This document shows positions 51,652-64,000 of a stretch of 64,000 nucleotides of DNA, one piece after another. This stretch comes from Fimbriosthenelais zetlandica (taxonomy: Eukaryota). Every line of letters starts with the position of its first letter. Position 1 is the first letter of the stretch. Made by a program: the position numbers and the translations under genes. The stretch covers positions 12,400,001 through 12,464,000 of the forward strand of contig OZ365118.1 in NCBI GenBank assembly GCA_977030845.1. The letters are read 5' to 3'. The notes beneath the pieces are model-generated. The model searched no databases and was not told where the DNA came from. It saw only the letters and a list, made by a program, of their open reading frames with translations.

Positions 51652-52640
51652 TACATATACATATACAACACACGCCCGGTGGACACCGGTTTCGATAAAG
51701 CATATATCAACGTATCAAAGCAATTCATTCAGACAAGCAAAAGGCTGTATAGCCGAACATGCATGTAGCCAACGGGGGCAGCAGTAGCAGGAGTCCCGGA
51801 GCTAAGCCCATTTTCCCTATACCACTCACGCCCACCGACAAACAGTGCATTATGAGCGGGGCTAATTCCATTTGGGTCAGTTATTGCCACTTTATGTCCC
51901 GCTTTTTATTGCAAATATTATCCCGCCAAAGATGTTATATCAATGCTTGGTGGCTTGTTCATTCCCCTACAACAGCTGCTGGCGTTTTCTGGTAGAAAGA
52001 AACACGGGGCTAGTTTCCCGTTGAATGGATTCCAGCGGTTTCCACTTCCTCTGTTAATTTACTTGTTTAATCAACTCGGGGCCCGGGGTCGACCTCCGAG
52101 TTTAGGTGCTTTACAAATGAAGACAAAGTGGCATAGAACTGGGATGTGAAATCGAAATGGCGGTAGAACAAAAGTGCGCGGTGCAATGATTGGGACTGAG
52201 CGAGGGAACAAGACGCGAGGGCAAACAGTAGTGGTATAGGCCTACAAGGTATAGCGGAGACAAATGGTACCCAGTGGTCCCACTTCGACCGGCCTGCCAA
52301 TATCTATGCACCTTGTCTGTCGAGTGGTGGTTGACTTGTTTTTAACGCTGGCTATATCGCGGCCCTCTAGCAATCCTATGCAAATGGTTCTCCTTGCCAG
52401 AGGGCCATCCAGGTAGCTTAGAGATAATTAGCCGAGAATCCAGTCGTCAAGCTGGAAGACCAAATCTGGTAATTCAAGTGGAAGGGGTGATCAGGCTGGA
52501 CGGCAAGAAGAGAGAAGAGAACTTGTCTGACTGTTTGGGTTCACAACTGCGCAGAGAAAGAACCCTTGATGGGGGTAAAGGAATTATTTTGTATTTTGTA
52601 AGTCAAAGTTATTTTGTTTATTTAATGGGGTTTAACTTCA

Positions 52641-52880
52641 CTTTCAATCATTTTTCAGTTATATCATGACGGTGCCTACTTGTGACAGTGAGCCCTATGC
52701 TCTTTTATAATGCTGCCTCACTGAGGTATCACGTCACAGGCACATGACATGATACCTCACCCAGTCTCATTAATTATCCTGATACCAGGCCGACCAGTCC
52801 TAGTACTGTCCTCTTTCCTCTTTGAGTGCCAAGCGAGGGAATCACTAGTACCAATTTTGAAGTCTCAGCCAGGGTACAAC
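52641..52880 (-). mobile_element. SINE family 1, inverted copy
   Basis: Reverse complement aligns co-linearly with 45700-45925 (ACAGTACTAGGACTGGTC, GATACCTCAGTGAGGCAGCA, CACTGTCACAAGTAGGCAC). Confidence 0.85.
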
Positions 52881-54138
52881 GGTATGTAAATGTTGCAAGC
52901 AGCTGGCCTATAAGGAAAGCACACCTATAATACACTTGTGGTAGTTGTGTCCCTTGCAGCAGCAGCTCCAATGGAATCAGCCCATCCCAAATAGTTCCAT
53001 GCACAGTTCCAAGACATTGGGTCTCACTGTCTCGTTCAGTAGCTAAAGGCATTGACAAAACCCTTCCAAATAAACAATGCGCAAATGATTAAGTCAAAGC
53101 CGGGGAGGCTGCCACGGGAGCATCCCGTTGGATCGCCGAGAGATCCGGGCCTTTTTTATGGGCCCTAAAGCTGTCAGTGAATTGTGTTTTATTTCCGCTG
53201 GGAACGGCTAGGTGCAAACTCATCCCCGCACTTGCTGCTTCCGATAAGGAAAAAAACGAGAACGGGTCACCTGAATTAGCTCTCTGCGAAATTGTTCCCC
53301 AAGACACTGGCCCCAAACTAGCTTCTGTAGATTAAATTAGAATAAGTCAGGTTTCATTGGCCTTAGTGGAGGAAAGGGCCCCTTTCATCTCGAGCTAACT
53401 TCTTCGTGTTTTACTCAAAAGGACGCTCGGGTATTGCTATTAAAAGTTTTCTTTTGTTTATCCCGGGCCATGGCGTGACATATTATATAAAGTTACCAAG
53501 CATACATCACGCATAGTTATAGTTCAGAGAATTCATTTCATTTTTGATATGTTCAAACGGAGATATGTGAAACTGATTATAACATCCCAGGTCCATAATG
53601 CATTTTTTTCGGTTTTCATTTCTGAAGAACAACTGTCGGTGTTTGTATTTTCAAATTAAAGCGTGGGAAATGATCCACGCATGGAGAGAACATTTGAAAA
53701 GCGGAGCGTGCGAAATGAGCTCTGCAGAACGAAGCGACATATTATACATATGCAATCCATTTTTTTAAATTTTATTTTTATTCACGAGCTGGCTGGCTTA
53801 TTACATGTCCCCTTCATAACATGAATTAACCTGAATAGACAGCCGATTCGTGACTCATTTTAGAGCAAGGTGGCTCGGAGCGAAGATGAGCGCTCGGAAA
53901 AAAAAATCACACCCTCAGCGGAAGTGTTGATTTCCTGGGGCTGTAGGCTTTAATGTAGATGAACGCTGACTGGCATCCAATCCACCTGAGTCATTTAGAT
54001 GTTTTAGTAATGGTCCTGATTAGATTCCTCTTTCCCGGGTATGTCGCCTTGTCGCGGAACCCGGGAAAGTATTGACGCCGCCAGGACATGTCTAAGAGGG
54101 GCCGGCTATTATGTGTGACCTCGGAGGTGGAGAAAATA

Positions 54139-54526
54139 CACCCTCACCCAAAAAATATTTGTGCATTTTCGAAGCATTTTAGTTGATATTTGTGCATTTT
54201 AGTTGATATTTGCGTGTTTTAATTTCGGGTTTATTTTTAAAAAATAATTAAGAGACGCGATATTAAACGCACTGGGATGTAGGAAAATGGTCATTTAATG
54301 AAAAATTTAAAAAAAAAAAAAAACGCGAAATTATTACGCAGAATTAAAGTGTTAGTAATCGAAAGAGAACAAAGAATCAGTTTTCGCCGTTCCAAGATCC
54401 TACTAAGATGACAATACAGTCAGATCTCTTCAAAATTGATAGCAATTTATTATATATTTACGCATAAAAACACTGCTCGAAAGTTAAGATATTTTCTAAA
54501 GTGTACAAATATTTTTGGTGATACTG
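54139..54526. mobile_element. Tc1-like MITE sharing the TIR type of the 50573 element
   Basis: TA|CACCCTCACCCAAAAAATATTTGTGCA and TGTACAAATATTTTTGGTGATACTG|TA. Interior contains a duplicated 20-mer TTTTAGTTGATATTTGTGCA. Confidence 0.65.
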
Positions 54527-55940
54527 TATGGTGCACTGTTCACATTATGTCGGGGTAATGGCACTCTATAAGGCTTAGAATGTCAGGGCCAATTTTGGGG
54601 GGCAATGGCTAGGCGATAAAGCAAAGTGCATGAGGTGGGTTCTAGTAGGATCTGTTCCTACATGGGGTTGTACATTATTTTGGGGAGATTATTCACTGCC
54701 TTTTGCACTATATGCAGCTGTTCTAAGCATCAGGGTGTGTTTCAGAAAAATAAGATAAGTATTTGTTGATGGCAAACGGTCTGATCCAAATTTTTATATC
54801 AAACTGCAAGAAATCATGCGGATTGCTGTCCTTGAATTTCAAATGGAAGAGACCAGAGACGCAATGACCGCAATGAGCTGCAGAACAGTATACGATCGCA
54901 ATTTGTAGCCGCAAGAACTGAAAGGCTATTGCGGCTTAGTGGAGTCCCGCAATTAAGAACACCATGGCATTAGTGAACACCTGCCATGAATATTACTTGA
55001 ACATATAGTGAACAATAGTGAACCCATTCCTGGGAATGTTGTATAATGGCATCCTCGGATTAGGGAACACTGAACACTTGTCCTAAATCCCCACTATATT
55101 GAGCTTTTACTCTTGCTTTCTTCATATACAGCCCCCTGAAATGTTTATACTAGATTTTATACTCCATCCGCGATAAAACACGACTTGATCCCACTGATCT
55201 GACGCATGCAAAGTAGAGACCGCGGGAGGGCTGGAGAGGTTAGCATGAAAGACTACATACATTAGGTAGAAAGTGGCGTATACGAGCTTAATGCACCCGG
55301 GTATATATAATACAATGGACTGGAAAGAATGGCAATCAATGGCAAATACATTAGATCTCATGATAGGAAGGACTGAGTATACCCGAAGCCATGCATTTCC
55401 CTCTTCAGATTTTCCATCACCCCCGATCGTAAAAGCTGATTGATTCTCTATTTGATGAGGTAGGGGGGGTCGGGGGTTATTGGGGGCGGGGGGGGGGGCC
55501 TCGGGGGCTATGAAGGAAATATAAGGTTTGTCTGAATCATGTCTATACCTACGGCCATTTGGCCAAATTGTTTCTTGTCCAACTTTTTGTTCCAATGCCC
55601 CCAGGTTATACTGTTGGGAGAAAATCTTAGGGGTTTGTACTAGCAAATGCAATGGCAGCAATCGGTGGAAATAACTTTAAATTTAATACTGATCTTGCGA
55701 GGAAGAGTGTCGTCCGGTTTGAATTGGGACGTATAGAGGAGACTCACCAATGGGAATACCCTAAGGGTGGACTTGTTATGGTCGCATAATGGGATTGTCG
55801 CTTTAGTGAATATACGTTTTGTCGCAAATCATTTGGTTCTATTTAGTGAGAGATAGCTGCAACAGTAGCGTGTCTATATAGACTGGAATACACTGTATGT
55901 TAATTAATTATACACTTAAACACACTTGTACATGTATATA

Positions 55941-56178
55941 CAGTTGAACCTCATATTATGGTCACCTCACTATAGCGAATATTTTATCACATAAAGACCA
56001 TGTAATGCCTGGTACCACTCTACCTTGTCATTCTCACTATAGCGAATATCTCACATACCGACCATGTTATGCATGGAACCATTATTTCTCAATTTTAAAT
56101 AATTCTCACTATAGCGGTCACCTTTTATTAACTTAAATATGGACTCAATGGTGACCGTAATAGAGACGTTCCACTATG
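55941..56178. mobile_element. Tc1/pogo-type MITE
   Basis: TA|CAGTTGAACCTCATATTATGGTCACC versus GGTGACCGTAATAGAGACGTTCCACT..G|TA, with three internal CTCACTATAGCG repeats. Confidence 0.75.
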
Positions 56179-56698
56179 TAGACTACATAAACTTTAAGTG
56201 TACTCAAAATCATAATCCGAAAATCATACACTTAAGTCTAGAGGAATGCATGGAGAGGAAAATAAAAAACAATATTTCTGAAGCTGAAGAATTATCTGCC
56301 TTGAGAGCAAAGTTCCCCGCGTCCACCCCATACTGGGAGAGATGCCAATATACAACATGCCCCTTACTTATTACCAACACTCACTAACTATATTTCCCCA
56401 CATTTGCTTCCAGTGCACGCCAAGCAAACGAAGGACATGCAACGGCCATTAATTCAATAGCGCAATTAATCAATTTATACATATATAGTGACAGGTAGAG
56501 TAATTAAGACCGCTTGACAAACACCATGCACATTAGACTAATGCACTGTTGAATGTAGCCTCCGACTTACAATCAATCTATTAGTGCGCAGAGAAGGAGA
56601 AGTGCTAGAAGTCTGCCAATATTTCTCTCTATTGTGTTTAGGAAGTTGGGAGGGGGTTGCGAGAAAGTATAGGGGGCTTTGGCTACAGTAGAGGGGTA

Positions 56699-56900
56699 AG
56701 CCTGAAACACACTAATCCGATATTCCAATCCGTTGCCATCCGAATCCCCATTTCTAATGGGATCCAATGATTGGAATTTTCTCAGTGGTTAGAGTTAGCT
56801 AGGTGTAAAGGTCTGTTCGAATTACAAGCATTTGTTGTGAATAGAAATATAGTTTTAGACAGGTATCGGATGGAGCTGGATAGAGAATCGGATTGGTGTG
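56699..56900 (-). mobile_element. MITE family B, inverted copy
   Basis: AGCCTGAAACACACTAATCCGAT at the left. GATGGAGCTGGATAGAGAATCGGATTGGTGTG at the right is the reverse complement of the family start. Confidence 0.8.
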
Positions 56901-57164
56901 AGAACTCCACAGGCCTGCACTCTAGTCGTAACTTCTGTACTGAAATGAGGCAAGAGGCATTAAGTCAATGTAGGTATGGGGTTTTACTGGGGACGCGGAC
57001 AATGGTTGGTAGACAGAAGTATTAATCTTACCGGAGGAGGAGGCATGGCTTTTGGGGTCCTTCCATCTGGGTTTCCATGGCGCTGAAAGAGAGAGGAGAA
57101 AATGAAGTGCTTGTTGAGCAATAAAAAAAGTCCTGAAAGACCATTTTATGTCTTTTATATAGAA

Positions 57165-57240
57165 AGGAACAAGTAGGAAATACGCTGTTGGAAGACAATG
57201 GTATGCTCTTCTTGAACATTATTAAATCTTTTACAGGACA
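57165..57240 (-). mobile_element. SINE family 2, 3' fragment, inverted
   Basis: AACAAGTAGGAAATACGCTG...TGCTCTTCTTGAAC...ATCTTTTACA. Confidence 0.55.
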
Positions 57241-57900
57241 AGCAATGCATGTGGGATGCATAGCTGGGTTTGCACCGGGTGGAAAAGGGCAATAATTTTG
57301 GCACATCTGGACCCCTAACATTGTATATGATAGATCCTAAATTATTTTTGGTTTAAAAATTGAGACCCCTCAAACAGTGCAACTGGCAGAACTATTACCC
57401 AAGGAAGGGATAAAATTACGGTTATTTCAGAGAAACTTTGTGGATCAATTTCTGTTCTTCCATTAGAAAAGCTGAGGAAAAAACAGTTTTCCCAAAAGGG
57501 CTATACAATATTAGTTATACTTGTCTAACCCCACCAGTTTCAGGCGCCCTGATAAGAAGATGGAATTAAGATAATTTAGTGGGGAAAGTTCGGCTCCAAA
57601 TCGCTCCGCCCAGGCGCTGTTTCGGCCTTTTTTTCCTACCGGAGGAAAAAGAAAGAAAAGAGCATGCCTAAATCACATCTCCCAGAGGGGGTATATAATA
57701 TTGGTTGTATTGCTTGGTTGGCGAGGGGATTCATTACAATCTATGATGGGAGGAAAGCCGTAAAGCAAGTGGTGACATCCTCCCCACGCCTGGCTTATTC
57801 CCCCGTGTATTACAACTCAGCCCAGGGTGACCGTGTACACCTGAATTATGACTACCACTCCCCCACCACTCCACATGCGGCACACACTACACCTAACATA

Positions 57901-58500
57901 CATACTCCAAACATCTCTCTCTCTACCTCTCTCTATCTCTCCCTCACTCTCTGCTCTCTCTTTTTTGTCCCAATGTAGTTCTCCCTCCTACTACACTCTC
58001 TCTCACTCAAACTCACTTCCACTCTCCCCTGTCTCTTTTCTCCCCTTGTAGTTCTCTCTCCTCTCTCCCTCACTCTCTATCACATCTCTCCAACTCGTTT
58101 CTTCCCATGGAGTTCTCTCCCCCTCCTCTCTCTCCCTCACTCTCTGCTCTCTCTTTTCTCCCCAAGTAGTTCTCTTTCATACTCTCTCTTCCTCACTCCA
58201 ACTCTCCCCTGTGTCTCTCCTACTCTCTTCTCCTTATGTAGTTCTCTCCCCTGCTCTATCCCTCGCACCTGCTTCCATGCAGTTCTCTATAATTGCTCTC
58301 CCCTCCCCCAACCCCTTCTCCGTCTGACTTTCTCCCACGCAGTCCTGCCATCCCAACTGCTGTCTTCTCCCCCTTCTCTCTCCCTCTCCCTCTCTCTCTC
58401 TGCTTTCTGTCTCATACTCGTCTCCCTCCTATCTATCCCCCCTTTTCTCTCTTCACAATTTTACCTCTCTCTATCCATTCTATTTCCATTCTAGTCTGTC
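57901..58500 (+). repeat. CT-rich tract with degenerate 55-60 bp periodicity (GTAGTTCTCTCCC anchor)
   Basis: Anchor recurs about 6 times. Confidence 0.75.
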
Positions 58501-61500
58501 CATGTACACATAGGCTACCATCCTATTGGACAGCACCACCACCACCATCCCACCCCACCTCTCCTCACTATAATGTCCCAGGCCCTCCAGCCCAATACAC
58601 AACCAGCACAGCAAGCTATAACCAAGGGCTACATTTCAAGTAAATGTCGCTGGATTTAATGTCCTATTACTAGACATAATCTTATTCCTTACCACTGTGT
58701 GTTGGCTGTGATGGCATTTGCTTAACGCAAGGTGGATTCTTCATGGGGCCAGAGGGGGTATGTAATACATATATACACGTAGAAGCCATGGTTGGATCTC
58801 TCTCTCTGTCTCTCCCTCACAGGCTTGAAAATGTGTTCCTCAATGGAATGGTTGGCCAGATCTGCAGCAGTGTTGGCTGGAGAAGTCTCGGCCGCAGTGA
58901 CTTGGATCAGATTGCAAGGGGACCTTCTGAAATATACATATAAATATATATAGAGCGGTTAGAAATGCTATTATAGGTTAGGGTTTGTATTGGAGAGTCG
59001 GCGTTGGCGTTTGTGTTGCCATAGTGCCATTGCTGGGTTGAAATTGCAATGTATAATTGGACCTTTTGGAAATAAATATATGCAGACTTGTATATATTAT
59101 TATCAAGGGCTGTTTTTATGTTAGTTTTTGGCTTGATTGAACTTGTATTGGGAATCCGGATTGGGCAGTATGGCCGGTTTGGAGATGTGTCATCTATTTA
59201 GTATTTAGGCCTATATTTGTATATTGCATTAGGACCTTTTCTCGTAAATATTTACCTTCAGTTTTTACTATTATTAAATACGTTTATAAGCCTTAGAGCC
59301 TTTTACGTTTTGAGTCATTTAAAAGAACAGTGATCAGTAGGTATTTTTTGTGTGCAGATTTGTAAGAAATAATGTAAATCAATTCAATTAATGTACGGAA
59401 TTGAAGCTTCCATTTCCTAGATAGACAAATTAAATTATAGTGCAATATAGATTCTCGGTAATCATTCGGTTGCAATAATACAGATTCCTTATAATGCTTG
59501 TATTGCCAAGAAGGCAATTAAAAGTCTCTACAGAGAATATAAGTGCATGTAAAGCGAAGGCGCTAGAAAGGAATAATTCACAATGAAAGTTTTTCTAGAG
59601 CTTATATATGCATAAGTGTACCAATTATGCTTCCCCTGGGAATAAATACAATGTATCCCGCAAATGAATCCTAGGTGTATAATATTTAAATAATCTATGA
59701 AAGGAAGGTTGGGGGATTTTTTTTATTATCGGGAGCAATGTGAAAGGGGGTATAGTGGGAAAAGCTTTATGTTGAGCAGTATCTCTTATAGGAGTCCCAG
59801 TGCGATATAATATAACTTGGACTCTGTGGTTGATTTTAATTATAATATATCTGCCAACGCCTCTGCGATTGGTGGTTGTGGGGGCGGTGGGGTGGGGGTT
59901 GGGAGGTTGTGGGTTGGGTTAGTGGGTAGTTGGGGTAGTGGGTGGTTGTGGTGGGTGCATGCAGGTGACCCTGGGCTAATTTTAACCACAAATTTCTTTA
60001 AGCAAAAAGTGCTAAAGACACCAAATTTCGTTTAGCAATTTGCAGTTGGCGTTAGCAGATGTCAATTTGAAGGAAACATTGCTAGTTTGATTTTTCCTTC
60101 AACTCTGATATTTGTGTGATTTTGCGGTGGTTAGGTGTGATTTTTATTTCGCAAAATTAGCGAATAACAGTCATTTCCTTTTAGCAAATTAGCATTTTTA
60201 TTCGCAAATTGCGACAGTGCGATCGGGTGGGTGGGGGTGGGAGGTGGGTGGTAGTTGGGGGTGCAATAGGAACTGGTTGTGGGTGGGTGGTGGAATGGTT
60301 GGTTCAGTGGTGTGGTGCTAGCTGCATGGTGCTTTATGACCGGAATCTGGAATAATACCCTTACTTTCCGTATACCAAGAATGAATGCTATTTTTTTGCA
60401 TTGTGGGCTCGCGAGTCGGTAGGCTCGGGATTAGAGGCTGGAGCAGCTCGCAGCTTAAAGGCTGAGTGGCTGGGGAGCAGGTCCAACGTGAGCAGCTCTT
60501 ATAGGAGGCGCCTTGGCTATATAGGCTGTCTGTGGAAGGCTTGTCTTGTGTGAATTATCATCATCAAACGTATCACAGCCCTGTGATCCGCCGCACCAAC
60601 AAGACATATATCACTCACACCTATTGTAAAGTGGGTTTACAATAATGTGCTCTATCTAAAGCCACTGGCTTTATAATGGCCCCTCGCCTAGCTAACAATT
60701 AATGGCTAAGTCCGCTCCGAGGTCCCGGCTGTAATTTTTTCTTTTTTTTAAAAATAAATATGCCATGTTGGTTTTTCTCGATCGTCGTTGGGAAAAAGTT
60801 TTAATGGGGTGCATTTATCATATGAATGGTTTTGTACTTATCCAGGTTCACAACCCCGGTACATTGGATTAACATATATATTCACGAAAACATCTGTTTA
60901 GAACTGGAAGGATTTCTATTCATAGTTTGGTATTATCTTGAGATATATTATGAAGAAAGCTCTACAGAATCAATAAAAATAAAAATTTCTTTTTAAAATT
61001 GATTTTGGATCAGTTACTTGTATTAGAAATCCATTCCAAAAGATAAACAAGACATTGAAAATCCAATTTAATTTTTGAGGAACTATTATATTCATGTGTA
61101 TTGCGATCCAATGAAGCGTACTGCAGAGCGTATGCAAGGCTAATCCTGCAATATGCATCCATTCATGGCATTCCAATGCATTAAACCCGCCCCAAAAACT
61201 TATCGAGCAAGATAAAACAAAATCATAAATCGGTGCTGGGCAAATGGTTTAACGTCCATTGAGGTCTTGCCCGTTGATGGGGCTGGGGCTCACAATGCAT
61301 ACCAAACAGCCTCAAAATCTGCTTCCTTTCCAATTAATCACCCCCAGTCTATCTAGGTTACAATGAAAATTGAAGCCAAGTGTAACGCCATGCAAACTAA
61401 TGATTTCACATACATGGCTTCTACGATGGTCCATGCACCGACTGGTCTGGCGAGTCTATATCATTACACCATTCCTCACGTTGCACTCTCTCGTGCTCGG

Positions 61501-62326
61501 AGCCACTCCGAGTATGTAATGGCAAAGAGCTGGAGCCGTTATGGCTTTGGCTGGCTTCAGGTTCAGTTTGTTACAAATGGGGCGTTGGCAAAGCAGTGGA
61601 CTATGCCGTGGTACTTCAGCGTCCGAGCGCTGAATAGGCGCGGGGAGAGATATTGCGAGTAAGCGCAATAGTGTCGAGGTGTCATACTTGCATATTCATG
61701 CGACCTGCGCCAGAGCCAGGGCAGATAACAAAAGTCTATGGGGCTAATTTATTTGTAGGGGAATATGGTGTGGTGGACCTGGCAAAGGGAGGAAGGACAG
61801 GGGTCTATTACCAGTAGGCTTCCCCCTACATGGCTTTGTTAGCCTGCGCTTGTCCAGCCACATACACCCCCATAGAAGAGCTTGTATATGGTATCTAATA
61901 AAACAGGCAAATTCATCCCGCCTTCTGACATGGCCGGGCGGGGAATATCGGTCGTTGGGGCATCAATGCTAGAAGGGGGAATAGTGTGTTAACAAGAACT
62001 CATACAGAGCCAACTCCTACATGGTTGAGAGGCTATGACAAGGGACAAGAACCGGCCATTCTATATGATGCTTGTGGGGCGACACTGAAATTGAATTCCG
62101 GGGCAAAAAAAAGACAAATGGCATCCAGCATTGCTAGAGTCGGTCACAACAACTACCATCAGAGTAGGATTGCGGTAGAAGGTTTCATTTTACCCATAGT
62201 TTAACATATATATAGCCATCTCCTTGCTATAGTCCATTCTGGTCCATTCTGTTGTATGCATCGCATCGCAGCAGCCCCATTCACTGACTTGCTCCCATGG
62301 TAATTGTTTTGTTTCTCGTCTTACAG

Positions 62327-63303
62327 ATAAAGTGGAAAGTGACAGTCATTCAGAAGGCCACCAGAGGTCCTCCGTGTCCAGTACAGAGAGCGCCCAGCCG
62401 CTGCCCCCTCCTCTGGTACTTGCAAACCCACCACTAGGGCGAAGTGGTGCTGGTGGTGTTGGGAGTGGACCTAGCAGTGGTGTTATGTTAGGACAGCCCC
62501 CGCAGGCGGCAGGTGGCAGCAGTCTCTGTGGCGGGCAGTATCCGTTGACAGTCGGCCGAGCTCAGGACATTATCCGGCCCCATGTATATACCGAGCTCAA
62601 GACATTCTCACCCGGGATACATGTCCGCCCGCCCCAGACACGAGCTGAATCAAGATGTGCATCATCATCGTCAACCCCAAATCAACCATCATCCATGGCT
62701 GCTGTATCGTGTACCGCCAGCTTACCCCGGTACCGCATCCCCAACCCAAGCGGTACCAGGACCACAACAACATTTGGTAGAGAACCCAGCAATGGCGCCC
62801 AAACTGTCACGACGTTTGGGACGCCACTTCCGCTGGGCGGTGACAGCAGCACAAAAGGCGAGGAAAGCTGCAGCACAAGAGGGAATGGCCTAGAGAACGG
62901 TAGCTCATCACCGGAAATGGCCTCCCACGAGAACCAATCAACGTCATCGCTGGAATCCCGACTACATCCAAGTCAACGCGCGCAAAATATGCGCATTTCA
63001 GAGCCCCCCAAAGCCCCCTCAATCCCTGAAACTAACTCTGAGGATAATTCGCCTCAACATCAACTCCTTATAGAGCAACAAGACAGGCAACTTAGCTGTC
63101 AAAACCAAAGTCAAAGAACTCCTTCCAGCGACGCTGGAATGTGTAATAACGTCATGACGACGACGACGTCAGACATTAAACGTGACGTCACCGACGGTGA
63201 TACGTCACAAGACAGTGGAGTGGTGGACCCACAAGAACTGTGTCAATCCATTGACGACGCCTTCTTCAAAGGGATGGTAATCAAGCATAAGACACTTGTG
63301 TGA
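62327..63303 (+). CDS. Pcdh: Protocadherin terminal coding exon D (Ser/Pro/Thr-rich tail ending DSGVVDPQELCQSIDDAFFKGMVIKHKTLV*)
   Basis: CTGAC at 62284-62288, pyrimidine tract and TTACAG| acceptor at 62326. G|AT junction gives Asp, then 324 codons to TGA at 63301-63303. It is the only other long non-repetitive ORF in the window. Confidence 0.9.
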
Positions 63304-63933
63304 ACGCCATCTTGTACAAATCGATTCGGGTACTTTCATGTGATGATGTGGAATTTTTCTGCCCTTCTCTGCGTGTGCGTGTGTGTGCTGCGCTATTCTA
63401 CCCATCTGTCCCTCTTTCTGACCGACCTGCACAGACCGAGCGAATTTAATTCAATGAATGTCTGACCTTGGAATGACTTAGTCGGGGTCGATGCGATCAA
63501 AGTGTCTGTTGGCAATAATAATTCGGGGGACAGGCGCATATACATGTGCAACTGAGAGTGCATGAGTGCATAGTTGTGATAGGCTGTTCCCAAAAACTTC
63601 TACTAAGTACTATGACACAGGCAATACCATAGAGGAAATGAGTTTTATTGACTTGATTGTGAGAGAGCTTAATGTGTGTAGTCATTCAGATACATTCAGC
63701 CCAGTGTACGGTTGCTACATAGACTTCAGCAATTTCCTCTTATCCCGCAGAAAATCCATCAGACGAGTCTCTCTTTACCCTGACCGTTATACTTCCTCCA
63801 CCCATGTAAGTCGCCGCCAATTGAGGTGAATCCTGGCAGAGAATTCGGGAGAATTTCAATTGTTGTTTTTTGATGGAAATTAACCATTTTTTTACGTGTA
63901 AAAGTGTGGGGAGGATGATGAGTGTGGGGTAGT

Positions 63934-63939
63934 AATAAA
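63934..63939 (+). promoter_or_regulatory. Candidate polyadenylation signal of the long isoform
   Basis: AATAAA about 630 nt after the stop. The true 3' end could lie beyond the window. Confidence 0.3.
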
Positions 63940-64000
63940 GACAGAGGTGGGCTAGAAGCGACCTATGACCGATCGAGAGGTTCTCAATTTATAAATGTTA

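Noticed and set aside
55122-55661. 179-aa antisense ORF
   Set aside because: No recognisable domain, non-ATG start, and it spans a G-homopolymer tract. Likely chance.
56105-56114. T7 promoter-like CTCACTATAG (vector contamination)
   Set aside because: Only part of the promoter, and it is one of three internal repeats of a MITE.

Overview
Animal genomic DNA. A lophotrochozoan-type invertebrate is inferred from the protocadherin style and SINE domains, not proven. The whole window is the 3' part of one + strand protocadherin gene. Exon A (<1-1518) encodes the last cadherin repeats, the TM helix and the proximal tail. Three downstream coding exons were reconstructed from splice signals and frame: 40513-40707 (phase 0-0), 47156-47270 (phase 0-1, absent from the ORF track) and 62327-63303 (terminal). 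They join into one open frame. Introns are about 39.0, 6.4 and 15.1 kb. Exon A can also read through its donor to a stop at 1567-1569. The introns hold many non-autonomous elements (Harbinger-type MITEs with TTA/TAA targets, Tc1/pogo-type MITEs with TA targets, two tRNA-derived SINE families), minisatellites, long CT-rich tracts and one 144-N gap. I found no transposase, reverse transcriptase, rRNA, intact tRNA, CRISPR array or second protein-coding gene. Almost all other ORF-track entries are low-complexity or chance ORFs. I see no clearly new biological system. The best leads are the hidden exon structure and isoforms, tail motifs (WIRS-like, PDZ), hairpin MITEs with co-varying termini, and inverted SINEs flanking exon C. 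All alignments were done by eye.
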